DNA of 64,000 nucleotides, taken from assembly GCA_963749495.1 (NCBI GenBank), contig CAVVMW010000014.1:544001-608000 (forward strand), given 5' to 3'. The translations under genes were made by a program, and so were the position numbers. Numbering within the stretch: position 1 is the first letter of the stretch; every line of letters begins with the position of its first letter. The notes below the pieces were generated by a model. The model was not told the DNA's origin and made no database searches. It worked only from the letters and a program-made list of their open reading frames with translations. The stretch comes from an uncultured bacterium. Its GTDB lineage: Bacteria; Verrucomicrobiota; Verrucomicrobiia; Limisphaerales; UBA8199. Below are positions 51,918 to 61,262 of this stretch, piece after piece.

Positions 51918-52327
51918 TCAAGAATGCAGGCGGCGGGACAACCTGGCCCGCCGCCTGCACCGCTGCATCCCGTCTGGCACACCCCACCGTCGTGCGCAGC
52001 AGCCGGGCATAATGAATTCCGGACTATTCAACCTCCCAGCCCGATAGGCGGCGACCACCGCCTCGATTTCCCCGCAAACTTGCGCCAGGACCTTAATCCC
52101 CGCGCGCTCGACCGCGACCTGGAGCCCTGCGATATGCCGCCGCAAATCAGCAGGTTGATCCCCAACTCGCGCAAGCCACTGACCATGCCATCGGGCTGTC
52201 TCTCAAAAAGCACCACCTCCCGGCGCTCCACCTCGGCTGCGTCTTTGAGGCGCACCACGAGCAACCGCGCCGCCACGTCGAACACGGGCGACACACGGCC
52301 CTGGCAATTGGGAACCGCAATCAGCAC
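51918..52327 (-). CDS. NifB/NifX-family protein; frameshift near 52130
   Basis: RVSPVFDVA...LICGGIS / ...GEIEAVVAAY...MPGCC. Confidence 0.8.
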
Positions 52328-52338
52328 ACCCCCCTTGA

Positions 52339-52491
52339 CGCGACTTTCATGCCAACCGTGGATTACCTGTTGAAGGAAGCGAGATTTGCCTTGAAATCAG
52401 GGCTGGCGCGCCGATGTCGATCCGCGCCGGTTCCATGAAATGCGTTGCAAATTGCAACGAACGGCTGAGACAACCGTTGCAACCTGCGAGC
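52339..52491 (-). promoter_or_regulatory. sigma54 promoter and palindromic activator site for the NifX/Mrp cluster
   Basis: TGGCATGAAAGTCGCG (GG-N10-GC) at 52339-52354. Palindrome CGTTGCAAATTGCAACG at 52443-52459, with a degenerate copy at 52475-52491. Confidence 0.7.
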
Positions 52492-52568
52492 CTTGCGTTT
52501 ACGTTCCTCCGGCCTTGACTCGCCGGTTGGCGGAGTTATAGCGCCAGAGTTGCAGCCGGATCGGCCGC

Positions 52569-52883
52569 TCAAAGCCCCTGGTTCGGGAGTTTCTCAGAAC
52601 GCGGTTTTTCCGATCTGAGCCGATCCTTGGCCTGCTGGATCATCTCTACCAGGCTCAGCACCTTGGGTGGAGGAGGAGCGGCGCTGGCGCGTTCGACCTG
52701 GGCCATGGCCTCCTCAGGGAGATGCGCCTGCAGGAACGCCCGCACGTCGAAACGTTCCCACCAGCAGTCCAGAATCAGACGGCAGGGCTTACCCCCCGTT
52801 TCTTGCCGGCAATATCCGAAAGCCACTTCGTGGCCGAGGCGGCGGCAACGCAGCAGGACATCATGGTCGTGTTCGTTCAACAT
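52569..52883 (-). CDS. Cys-rich hypothetical protein
   Basis: RCRRLGHEVAFGYCR...PCRLILDCWW; four spaced Cys. Confidence 0.65.
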   Translation of the reverse strand: MLNEHDHDVLLRCRRLGHEVAFGYCRQETGGKPCRLILDCWWERFDVRAFLQAHLPEEAMAQVERASAAPPPPKVLSLVEMIQQAKDRLRSEKPRSEKLPNQGL

Positions 52884-53080
52884 AAGCCCGATCTTATCGT
52901 AAGGTGGACTGGAAGACAACCACCCAAGGACATCCAGACATCCACGAACACGATCAACGCGACACCTCTATCAAACGGCCACGCGGCGCCGGCCACGCTT
53001 GCTCATGGCCATCTGCAACGCGAGGGTTTTAGTCTGTAACCCCCGGCAGCGCATCAGGAGGCTGCCGTTTGCTTTCCGAT

Positions 53081-53650
53081 TCACCGGCCCACCCGCCGCA
53101 CCCTAAACAGTTTCTCCTCCGGCATCTTGGCGCATCCCTGGCACAACGCCTCCAGCTTCTCCACCGGTTGGTTCATGATCGACTTCAGGTAGCTCGACTC
53201 TGGCCGGAACTCCAGCACCTCGCCCTTTCCACCCTTCCGCCGCACCGCCACGAATGACTCCTCCCACGTCAATACCTCCGTCAGCCGCAGGTCCAACCGC
53301 CCCTGGCTGTTCCCTGTCCCCACCGATAATCCATCCACCAGGCACGTAAACGGTGTTTGGGGCGGCACGTAGCAAACCACCTCCAGTTCGTGCTTGCCCC
53401 ATTCTGATTTCATCTCCCGTAGGGCCGCCTGCCCAATCCGCCAGCCGAGCACATTCCACGGCCCCACATGCCCGTGGTAACGCCGGATTTCCCCGTACCA
53501 ATCTGCCGGTGCCTTCCCCACGTTCCATGCGTTGGTGCCCGGCTCCGAATGCACCAACTTCCCGTCCGCTGGCTCGTCGTAGGCCACACCCACGGTGGCC
53601 AGTCCCGCCAGCACCATCAATCCCGCCGCTACCGCCATTTGTATCGTCAT
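53081..53650 (-). CDS. Exported FmdE-family protein
   Basis: YHGHVGP..VLG...CLVDGL..GTGNS.G motif; N-terminal hydrophobic signal. Confidence 0.8.
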   Translation of the reverse strand: MTIQMAVAAGLMVLAGLATVGVAYDEPADGKLVHSEPGTNAWNVGKAPADWYGEIRRYHGHVGPWNVLGWRIGQAALREMKSEWGKHELEVVCYVPPQTPFTCLVDGLSVGTGNSQGRLDLRLTEVLTWEESFVAVRRKGGKGEVLEFRPESSYLKSIMNQPVEKLEALCQGCAKMPEEKLFRVRRVGR

Positions 53651-53710
53651 ACGATTTTGATGTTGCGTAATACTCGTTGTGCGTATTAACATTCTCTGCA
53701 TTCGTAATAC
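53646..53710. promoter_or_regulatory. Two NikR-type operators
   Basis: GTATTA-N16-TAATAC at 53683-53710 and GTCATA-N16-TAATAC at 53646-53673; same geometry as the E. coli NikR site GTATGA-N16-TCATAC. Confidence 0.7.
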
Positions 53711-53780
53711 CGACGGACAGCCACGTCAAGCCTGCTCAAGGCTTCGGGGGCTGTCGCAATTGAGCATGAACTGAACAGCT

Positions 53781-54905
53781 ATGAAACTGAACCTTGGCCT
53801 CCTCGCCCTTGCTGCCCTCCTTGTCGCCGGCGCTGCACAGGCCCAAACCTTCCAAAACTTCGAGGCCGTGGACACTAACGGCGTCAGCACCTGGGCCGGC
53901 TCTTACCCCGTCACCCTCACCGGTGTCGTGTTGAACGACCCCAGCGAAATGCTCGATTCGACCCCCAACTTCATCCCCTGGAATAACGGCGCAAGCGCAT
54001 TCCAGCTTGGGGGCCAGTGGCAGATCTTTATCCAATGCGTATGGCCCGGCAACCGAGGCGGCGTCGAGTGCTGGATGGGCCAAAACTACGGCAACCTCCC
54101 CTGGGAACCTCACGACGGCAGCGACAGCTACTCGGATGTAGCCTGGTCGGCGGAAGTCGCTCGTGTGAGCCATGATCCGGCCACCGGCTACGCCTTTCGC
54201 AAAGGGGATTTGGTCACCGTCACGGCCAACGGCTCTCTTTTTTACGGCGGCATGCAGAACATCAACGAAGAGCACAGCACCGACCCGGCCTACAACTTCA
54301 CCATCTCGCTGGTTTGCTCGAACTATGGCCTGCCGACGCCGGAGGTCATCTCCCTATCTTCGGTCATTGGCACGAACCTGAGTGCCACCGGCCATTACGA
54401 CATCTTCGATCCCTCCCGAGCCACTGGCGGGGAGCACTGGCAGGGTATGCGGGTGCGAATCAATGGCCTGACGCTCGTCACGACGAACGGTTGGACCACG
54501 AATTCCGATTGGTCCACACGCTACTGCACGGCCACTGATGGTGAAGGCAGGCAGTTCCCCCTCATTCACCCGCTTTACGACCTCGGCCCCGTCCCGACCA
54601 ACCGCTTTGACGCCACGGGCATCTTCCTTCAGGAATCCGGTTCCGCCACCGACGGCACCTTCGGATACGAACTTTTTGTCCAGGAAATTGACGCATCTGC
54701 CCCCATCGACCTGACAATCGCCATGAAGCCCGTCATCACTTGGCCTGGCTCGCTCTCCAATTACCAGTTGCAATCCAGAGACTCACTCACCTCAACAAAC
54801 TGGACGGCAGTCACCAACTCCCCTGTGCTGGTTAACGGCCAGAACACCGTCATCCTCGACCCAACGGCAGCTCAAAGCTTCTACCGCCTCCAGCGCATCC
54901 AGTGA
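53781..54905 (+). CDS. Exported protein with C-terminal Verrucomicrobial 'FYR' domain
   Basis: Signal peptide; tail ITWP...YQLQS..SL...NW...SFYRLQ. Confidence 0.8.
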   Translation: MKLNLGLLALAALLVAGAAQAQTFQNFEAVDTNGVSTWAGSYPVTLTGVVLNDPSEMLDSTPNFIPWNNGASAFQLGGQWQIFIQCVWPGNRGGVECWMGQNYGNLPWEPHDGSDSYSDVAWSAEVARVSHDPATGYAFRKGDLVTVTANGSLFYGGMQNINEEHSTDPAYNFTISLVCSNYGLPTPEVISLSSVIGTNLSATGHYDIFDPSRATGGEHWQGMRVRINGLTLVTTNGWTTNSDWSTRYCTATDGEGRQFPLIHPLYDLGPVPTNRFDATGIFLQESGSATDGTFGYELFVQEIDASAPIDLTIAMKPVITWPGSLSNYQLQSRDSLTSTNWTAVTNSPVLVNGQNTVILDPTAAQSFYRLQRIQ

Positions 54906-54917
54906 AACAACACAGCC

Positions 54918-55594
54918 ATGCACCCCTTTGCTCCACGTCAGACCTCCGGTCGCCCTATAAGGCCGCAGCGACAGGCCTTCACCTTGATCGAATTGCTGGT
55001 GGTGATCGCCATCAGTGCCATTTTGGTGGCGATGCTGCTGCCCGCACTTTCCCGGTCCAAGGAGAGAGCGAAGGTCATCAAAGTCCATGTCGAGCTTGAA
55101 GGGGTCGGCCTCGCACTGGAAATGTATTCGGATGATAACGCTTCCAAACTCCCTCCCGTCCGAGTCAATTGCAACACCGACCTGGCCACCCACTGGTGCC
55201 AGTTTCCCGTCGAACTCGTGGAGCAGCATTACCTTGGGGCTTGGGACAAACCCGGCATGGCCGCCAACATGGAGGACGTTTTCAACCCGAACCACACCTA
55301 CAAGTATGCCGCCCCGGGGCCGAGCTGCTCAACGGCTCTCCCGCCCCGAACTACCAGCTTTGGGTTCCCGACGACCTGCCGATTTGCGCCAGCACCAACG
55401 GCCAATACTACTCCACCCCTAAAGATTCCCCAGTGCGGTGGGTCATTTGGAGCATGGGGCCGAAGCCCGACAGCCCGCAATCCCAGGACGAGCGTGCGCC
55501 GATGGCGAAGCAAAGCTGGTACCGTTGCACGGGTGAAGGCGGTGTGATCGGGCGCTTCCAAACCAGTGCTGGCGTCCAATTCCAGACCCCCTGA
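54918..55594 (+). CDS. Prepilin-type (type IV pilin/pseudopilin-like) protein; frameshift near 55320
   Basis: [31 protein letters not shown]-terminal WVIWSMGP. Confidence 0.85.
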
Positions 55595-55662
55595 CCACTA
55601 TGGCACCATGCACCCTGGAGCACCCTATTGACGACCTCCCTTCCTCTGTTAAGGTCAGCACG

Positions 55663-55866
55663 ATGAGAACAGCCAAAACCGACGGCGTTGTCCGTTTCAC
55701 AGTGTCCGTCCCGCGAGACTTGGCCAAACACCTCGACCAGATGACCTGCGAGAAGGGCTACGACAACCGCTCCCTGGCTGTGGCCGACATGATTCGCGCC
55801 CGCCTCGCTGAGCACCGCCAGAACTATGGCAACCACAACACTTGCCGGCACCATCACCTTGGTTTC
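55663..55866 (+). pseudogene. nikR: NikR nickel-responsive regulator, truncated
   Basis: RFTVSVP..L...LD......GYDNRS.AVADMIR (ribbon-helix-helix), then AGTITLV in a shifted frame. It is cut off by the convergent gene before the His-rich Ni site. Confidence 0.8.
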
Positions 55867-56361
55867 TCAACTCTCAGCCATCCAGGGACAACGGTGCTTC
55901 TGCGGGCACTCGCTGCACGCATGCGTGCGTGAGACCAAGGGCAGGATGACGAAGGCGTTGAGGGCGAAGACCGCCAACAAGCCTGCCAGTCCCTTTGAAT
56001 AGGTTCGACTCAGTGCGATCACGCCGCACGCCACAGGGATCAGCCAAAGGGGAACAATAACAGGGATGTGACGTTTGAACTTCGTCGCAAAGCACTCCTG
56101 TTCCCCTTTGCGCACGAGTTTCGCCGCCAGGACCCCATAGCCGCAAGGACAGCCCCGGGTGTCGTAATAGCCGCAGTAGCGACAGATGAAGATCATAATC
56201 CAAACAGCGCCGGCGAACCCGTAGGCCAGGTAGCAGGCGGCGGCCGCCAGTGCCCCGGCCGAAAAGTCGAATCCCCAGGCGATGCTGGCCGCACCTGTCA
56301 CCACCATGACGGTGTAAGGAAGGTTGGCGACGAGTGTCTGTGTCCTGGTGTATTCTTGCAT
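55867..56361 (-). CDS. Cys-rich four-TM membrane protein
   Basis: ICRYCGYYDTRGCPCG and ACSECPQKHRCP between hydrophobic helices. Confidence 0.7.
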   Translation of the reverse strand: MQEYTRTQTLVANLPYTVMVVTGAASIAWGFDFSAGALAAAACYLAYGFAGAVWIMIFICRYCGYYDTRGCPCGYGVLAAKLVRKGEQECFATKFKRHIPVIVPLWLIPVACGVIALSRTYSKGLAGLLAVFALNAFVILPLVSRTHACSECPQKHRCPWMAES

Positions 56362-56383
56362 GGCGTCTTACTTTCAGGGCTCA

Positions 56384-57169
56384 TCAGGGTTCCACATCGG
56401 CCTTTTCGAGAACCATGAGGATCCGGTTGAACGCGTCGGACAAGTCGGCGTAGTTGCGCAAGTCCACCGTGAACCGGGCGTCCCCGTTCTGCCGCGAAGC
56501 CGCACTGCCATCCGCATAGAGGATGTCCACGAAATGCTGCTGGTGATGCGTGCGGGGCTTGACGTTGAACGCCGCGAGGTTGGGAGGACACAAAAATTCC
56601 GAGTCAATGGCAAGCGCCCGGATGGGTTGGCCGTTGCGGTTCAGGCCCAGGCTGTCCAGTTTCAGATGGGCGGGCACATTCGTGCTGGCTGGACTGTCGA
56701 ACAACAGCGTGTTGCCCCCGTGGCGATAGTAATAGCTGCCTTGGGCCTGATAATGGCCCACCTTGGCCAACTCGGCGTCTGCATCCACCGGCTGGTCCGT
56801 TCCGGGACAGAAGAGAACCTTCACTTGGGCGGCCAATTGCTGATCGAGCAACAGGCCCAAGCCCACCGGGGCGCCTGATTGAAGCGAGAGCAGACTGGTC
56901 GGCGCTCCGGTGGAAGGATAAAAACTCGAAGGACTCGTGAATGGCGGAGCCTTTGGACCGTAGGGAATCAGGCCACCGTTCTCGCCTGCGTATCCTTGAA
57001 TCGCAATGCCCACCTGCCGCAGGTTTGACATACAGACCGCTTTCCGCCCCGCCTGCTTTGCAGCCGCCAGCGCCGGAAGCAACAACGCCGCCAGGGTGGC
57101 GATGATGGCAAGCACGACCAGCAGTTCCATCAGGGTGAAACCTCGCGGCGATGATGGCGTGGAGACCAT
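56384..57169 (-). CDS. Prepilin-type protein with H-X9-DG-like C-terminal motif
   Basis: [39 protein letters not shown]. Confidence 0.88.
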   Translation of the reverse strand: MVSTPSSPRGFTLMELLVVLAIIATLAALLLPALAAAKQAGRKAVCMSNLRQVGIAIQGYAGENGGLIPYGPKAPPFTSPSSFYPSTGAPTSLLSLQSGAPVGLGLLLDQQLAAQVKVLFCPGTDQPVDADAELAKVGHYQAQGSYYYRHGGNTLLFDSPASTNVPAHLKLDSLGLNRNGQPIRALAIDSEFLCPPNLAAFNVKPRTHHQQHFVDILYADGSAASRQNGDARFTVDLRNYADLSDAFNRILMVLEKADVEP

Positions 57170-57182
57170 TGAGTCGAAGAGC

Positions 57183-58110
57183 CTACGGCAACTGCCGCGC
57201 TCGATAGAAACGCCGGGCAGAGTTCGTCAGCAGTTCGCTGAAGAAAACGCTGCCGGTGTCATTGGTCAATGTGCCAAGGTTTGTCCAGTTGGCCATCGGC
57301 AGCGTGACGTCGGTGCTGGCCAGAATCTCGAATTTGAGTCCAGGCTCGCTTTCCAGCCCGAAACCGAAGTAGCCGTTGGTTGCCGCTGGGCCGACCAGGA
57401 TGGGCGCGCGGGTTTCAGTCAGGCGGGCGTTGTCCAAGTCCCAAAAACCGCCCTCCATCCCGAAATCCACCGTGGACATGATGGCCACTCCAATATGTTG
57501 GCCCGCCCAGGGATCGCTGGCTTTCACGAACGGCACGTTCACCTGAAAGTCAATCAGGTGCGTCTGATTGCTGAAGACGTCGGGGGTGTTGGTAACGCTG
57601 GTGGCGGCCACAATCACTTGATTGCTCGCGGCATCACGGTAGTAAAGGCTCAACTCCAGACTGGCGCCATTGGTCATTCCGCCGCCGCCGCCGATCAACC
57701 CGACGCGCAGATTATAGGCTTTGCCCACCTCGAACGCCGCATTGAAGGCGTGTTCGGGCGCCGAGTTTGTTCCCCCAATCGAGTCGTAGTCTTGGAAGAG
57801 CCCGACCTCGGGAACGGCAAAAACCCAAACTGCCTGGTTGCCGTCCATGTTGTCGATATGGTCCGCACTGCCGGCCGCCGTGTTGGCGAAAACACCGGTC
57901 AGTTGGGTCCAGAGAAAGCCGCCGCTCTCGTCTGTACCAGAAAGGCTTGGGCGTCTTCTGCCAGGAGTCAATCTGCGTATCCACGTACACAGTCCCAGGC
58001 GATTCAAACGACCCGTTGGGGATGTAGATTGTGCCTGCTCGGAGTGTGCCCGTCCACATGGCCAAGGACGCGGCTGCTGCGGCAAAGGCCCGCAGGGCGC
58101 GGCCAGTCAA
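57183..58110 (-). CDS. Exported protein with 'FYR' C-terminal domain; frameshift near 57935
   Basis: IPNGSFESP start in 57712..58110 and body in 57183..58085, ending STD...NWT...[10 protein letters not shown]. The start may lie at 58229. Confidence 0.75.
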
Positions 58111-58248
58111 GGGGAGACGCAGTTTCCCGGAGGCGGCTGTCTTGCCGGCCCGAGCAAGCCGCCAATCATGATGCAGCGCGCTCTGCCGGTGCCGGTTGCC
58201 GCTCTGCCTTCGGATTTGAGTATCGTCATAGGTTCGCGATTAAAGTCT

Positions 58249-58268
58249 ATGTGCGCAGTTGTGCATAT
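58249..58268. promoter_or_regulatory. Imperfect inverted repeat, candidate ArsR operator
   Basis: ATGTGCGCAGTTGTGCATAT lies between arsR and the exported-protein gene. Confidence 0.4.
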
Positions 58269-58312
58269 TTCTTCCCTCCAAAGCAATCCAATTCCACGAA
58301 CCTGCCGGGAAC

Positions 58313-58618
58313 CTACTTCGGCAACTTGTCGAACCGGAACGTGCAGCAGCCCAGTTCCAGCACGTTCTTGTTGGCAGAAAGCTGGTTGTTGAGGCGCGGG
58401 GCCACCGCATAGAGCCTCTGCTGGCCCTCCTTTTCCATTTCCACCAGCCCTGCCTCTTTCAGAATCCGCAAGTGCTTCGACACGTTGTACTGCGACATTT
58501 TCAGGCGCTCCGAAATTTGATTTACCCCCAGTTGCTCCCTCAGCAGCAACCCCACGATGCGCATGCGGTTCAACTCACCCAGCGCCTTCAAAGCGGCAAT
58601 GCAATCAATCCCAGTCAT
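58313..58618 (-). CDS. ArsR/SmtB family metalloregulator
   Basis: LKALGELNRMRIV...SQYNVSKHLRILKEAGLV...EGQQRLY; C-terminal GCC. Confidence 0.9.
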   Translation of the reverse strand: MTGIDCIAALKALGELNRMRIVGLLLREQLGVNQISERLKMSQYNVSKHLRILKEAGLVEMEKEGQQRLYAVAPRLNNQLSANKNVLELGCCTFRFDKLPK

Positions 58619-58748
58619 CCCTGTGATGATAGCCGCCAGCTCGCGTCAGGCAAGCCACCCGCAGGCTTCCGGTCCATCTCTGCGAAGCCCATCGACAAAC
58701 GCAACCCTCCGCGCTCCGCTCCCGCCACACCTTCAACCCGGAAGCCGG

Positions 58749-59486
58749 TTACCGGGTGAAGATTAGTTTTGCGCCGGCGATGAGGAGGACGACCGCCAGG
58801 AGGCGCTTGATAACGGTGTGCGGAAACCGGCGGCTGCCGAAATAGGAACCTGCGGTGCCACCAATGACCACGGCCACCGCCAGCATGAGGGCGAGCGGGG
58901 GAAGCCGCCGGGTGCTGGCGAGATTTCCGAGCAGGCCGGAAGCCGAGTTCACGAGGATGAACAGGGCGGAAACGGCCGCCGCCGTCTTGGTGCGAGCCCA
59001 GCGCATGAGCAGGAGCAGGGGGGTCAGAAAGATGCCGCCCCCGGTGCCCGTCAGGCCGGAGAGCAGACCGAGGCCGGCGCCGATGGAGATGGCAGCCGGG
59101 AGGGAGGGTTCATGGAGCACGTCGTCGGCGCCGGGCCGCAGGAGAAAGCGCGCGGCAGAGAACCAAAGCACGAGGCCCACCGCGGCTTTGAAGACGTGGG
59201 TGGGAAGGCTGATATAGCCGCCCAGGAAGGCCGCCGGGATGGAAAGCAGGGCAAAGGGCCAGAAGAGCCGCCACGAGAAATACCCGGCGCGCCAGAATTG
59301 CCACGCGCCAATGCTGGCAACCAGAATGTTGAGCAGCAGCGCGGTGGGTTTGATCACCCCAGGAGCCAGGCTGAACAGAGACATGACTGCGATGTAGCCG
59401 GACGCGCCCGCGTGCCCGACCGAGGAATAGAGGAGGGCCACCAGCAACACGGCCGCAGCCAGAAGGGGAAGTTGTTCGGGTGTCAT
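58749..59486 (-). CDS. TauE/SafE family transporter
   Basis: YSSVGHAGASGY, SGLTGTGGGIFLTP. Confidence 0.88.
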   Translation of the reverse strand: MTPEQLPLLAAAVLLVALLYSSVGHAGASGYIAVMSLFSLAPGVIKPTALLLNILVASIGAWQFWRAGYFSWRLFWPFALLSIPAAFLGGYISLPTHVFKAAVGLVLWFSAARFLLRPGADDVLHEPSLPAAISIGAGLGLLSGLTGTGGGIFLTPLLLLMRWARTKTAAAVSALFILVNSASGLLGNLASTRRLPPLALMLAVAVVIGGTAGSYFGSRRFPHTVIKRLLAVVLLIAGAKLIFTR

Positions 59487-59501
59487 GGGTCAATTCCTGC
59501 G

Positions 59502-60458
59502 TTACTGCCAGAGTAGCAGCCGGTAGAACCTCTGCCGATTCGTCACGGTGTCCACAAACACACCCTGGTCATCAAACGGCCTGGCGGGAACCGTGAACAA
59601 GTTGGACCAAGCTCCCGCCCAACCTGCCGGCAAACCGTCGAGCCCCTGCACCGCGTAAGACCAGTTTGAGACCGTGTTGAACCGGATGGCCACCTGGTTC
59701 GTCCCGAGGCGCTCAATCGAAGTGATCCGCACCAGCGGCTTCGCAACGGCTGTAATCGTTAAGCTCGGCCAGGCGTTAGATGTGGCGAAATGCCTCGAGT
59801 TGAAGGTGAAACCCACCGAGGCGCTCGCCGCTGTCAGATACAAGTTCAGGTCGGTCCCGGCCACGATGTTCGACACCAACGCCCCCGCCAGCATCAGCGG
59901 AAAGGACACCGGCCCGCTCACTCCGCTGTTAGTGAACCGGCCCACCGACGCATCGGCCGCCGGGTTGAGGACCGAAGCCAGGTCCTGGTAAGCAACGCCG
60001 TCCGTCGTGGGCGTATTCGGTGTGCCGGTTCCTTCCGCCCAGGCGTCCGCGCCAATCCACCGAATCTCAAACCCGCCCACACCCCGGTTGAAAATCGCGT
60101 TATTCGGCGCGCCAACCTCATTCACGACCAGCGTTGCCGCCGTCACCACCCAACCGTTGCTGCCGAGCTGGCCATTCAACGACGACGCCACGTCCGACAT
60201 CGGAAACCGCATCAAACTGTCGAACAACCCATTCTGCTGGCCCGACCCGTTCACGGCAGCCGACCCCGAGACCGACAAGGACCCCGCCGCCCCGTAGTTG
60301 CTGCCAGGCGCCACCGAGCGCACAAAGGCATCCGCCACCGGTGTCACCGCGACGGTTGCCGCCTGGCCGCAGCAAACGAGCTGCGCGCCGGCCACCACGC
60401 CCAGCGCGACCGCTCGCCAGAACCCGCGCCCACTTTTTTGTTGCGTCTTCCGCCGCAC
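59502..60458 (-). CDS. Exported DNRLRE-like protein with 'FYR' C-terminal domain
   Basis: ADAFV....NYGAAG.L.V...SLMRF...WAEG.GTP; tail QRFYRLLLWQ; GTG start at 60458. Confidence 0.75.
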   Translation of the reverse strand: MRRKTQQKSGRGFWRAVALGVVAGAQLVCCGQAATVAVTPVADAFVRSVAPGSNYGAAGSLSVSGSAAVNGSGQQNGLFDSLMRFPMSDVASSLNGQLGSNGWVVTAATLVVNEVGAPNNAIFNRGVGGFEIRWIGADAWAEGTGTPNTPTTDGVAYQDLASVLNPAADASVGRFTNSGVSGPVSFPLMLAGALVSNIVAGTDLNLYLTAASASVGFTFNSRHFATSNAWPSLTITAVAKPLVRITSIERLGTNQVAIRFNTVSNWSYAVQGLDGLPAGWAGAWSNLFTVPARPFDDQGVFVDTVTNRQRFYRLLLWQ

Positions 60459-60460
60459 TC

Positions 60461-60484
60461 CGTTGTATTGAACGTTATATATCG
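60461..60484. promoter_or_regulatory. ModE-type operator
   Basis: CGTTGTATT-N6-TATATATCG versus the ModE consensus CGNTATATA-N6-TATATANCG. Confidence 0.75.
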
Positions 60485-60485
60485 C

Positions 60486-61262
60486 ATGAAGACAATCTCG
60501 AATGCACCCTGTAAAATGGCGCTGGCCGCTACCGCGCTTCCCCTGCTCCTCGCGCTCCCGGCTCACGCCGCCACTTTCAACCTCTATCCCTCTGCCGACG
60601 CCTTTGTCACTACCGGCCCGTCCGGCAATCTCAGCGGCAATAACTACGGTGCCGCAGGGGCCCTTTCCGTGGCCGCTTCGGGCCTGGCCAAGGGCGAGTT
60701 CCAGAGCGTCCTGCGATTCGACCTCTCCGCGGCCCGCACCTCCTTCGATAGCCAGTTCGGCGCGGGCCAGTGGAACCTTCAGTCCATCACCCTCTCCCTC
60801 ACCGCCACGTCACCGAACAACCCCATCTTCAACTCCAGCGCCGCCGGCCAGTTCGGCATCTCCTGGATGCAGAACGACTCCTGGGCCGAGGGCGCCGGCA
60901 CGCCCGCCACCCCCACCACGACCAGCATTACCTTTTCGAGCCTTCCATCCTTCACCAGCGCAGGAGACGAAAGCCTCGGTACCTTCGGTTTCAACGGAGC
61001 CACCAGCGGCGCGGCCACCTACACCCTCAGCCTCACCCCCGGCTTCTTGGCCGATGCCTCGGCCGGCAACCTCGTTAGCCTCCACCTCTCTGCCGCCGAC
61101 AGCGCCGTTAGCTACCTCTTCGATTCCGTCAATTTCAGCACCGCCTCGGCTCGCCCCCTCCTGTCCGTTGTCGCCGTACCCGAGCCAGGCGCGCTCTCCC
61201 TGCTCGCCGCTGGCGCCGTCCTGCTTTTCGGGGCAAGGTGCCGCCGAAAGTATAAGGAATGA
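60486..61262 (+). CDS. Exported DNRLRE-like protein with PEP-CTERM sorting signal
   Basis: ADAFV...[10 protein letters not shown]...SVLRFD...[33 protein letters not shown]. Confidence 0.85.
   Translation: MKTISNAPCKMALAATALPLLLALPAHAATFNLYPSADAFVTTGPSGNLSGNNYGAAGALSVAASGLAKGEFQSVLRFDLSAARTSFDSQFGAGQWNLQSITLSLTATSPNNPIFNSSAAGQFGISWMQNDSWAEGAGTPATPTTTSITFSSLPSFTSAGDESLGTFGFNGATSGAATYTLSLTPGFLADASAGNLVSLHLSAADSAVSYLFDSVNFSTASARPLLSVVAVPEPGALSLLAAGAVLLFGARCRRKYKE

Noticed and set aside
49062..52327. Nitrogen fixation cluster
   Set aside because: NifB/NifX-family and NifU-like domains occur without nifHDK or nifEN.
53034..53070. Fourth ECF promoter at CTGTAAC
   Set aside because: No GCTCA at the 16-nt spacing. 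The adjacent CGGCAGC...GCTGCCG hairpin is more likely a terminator.
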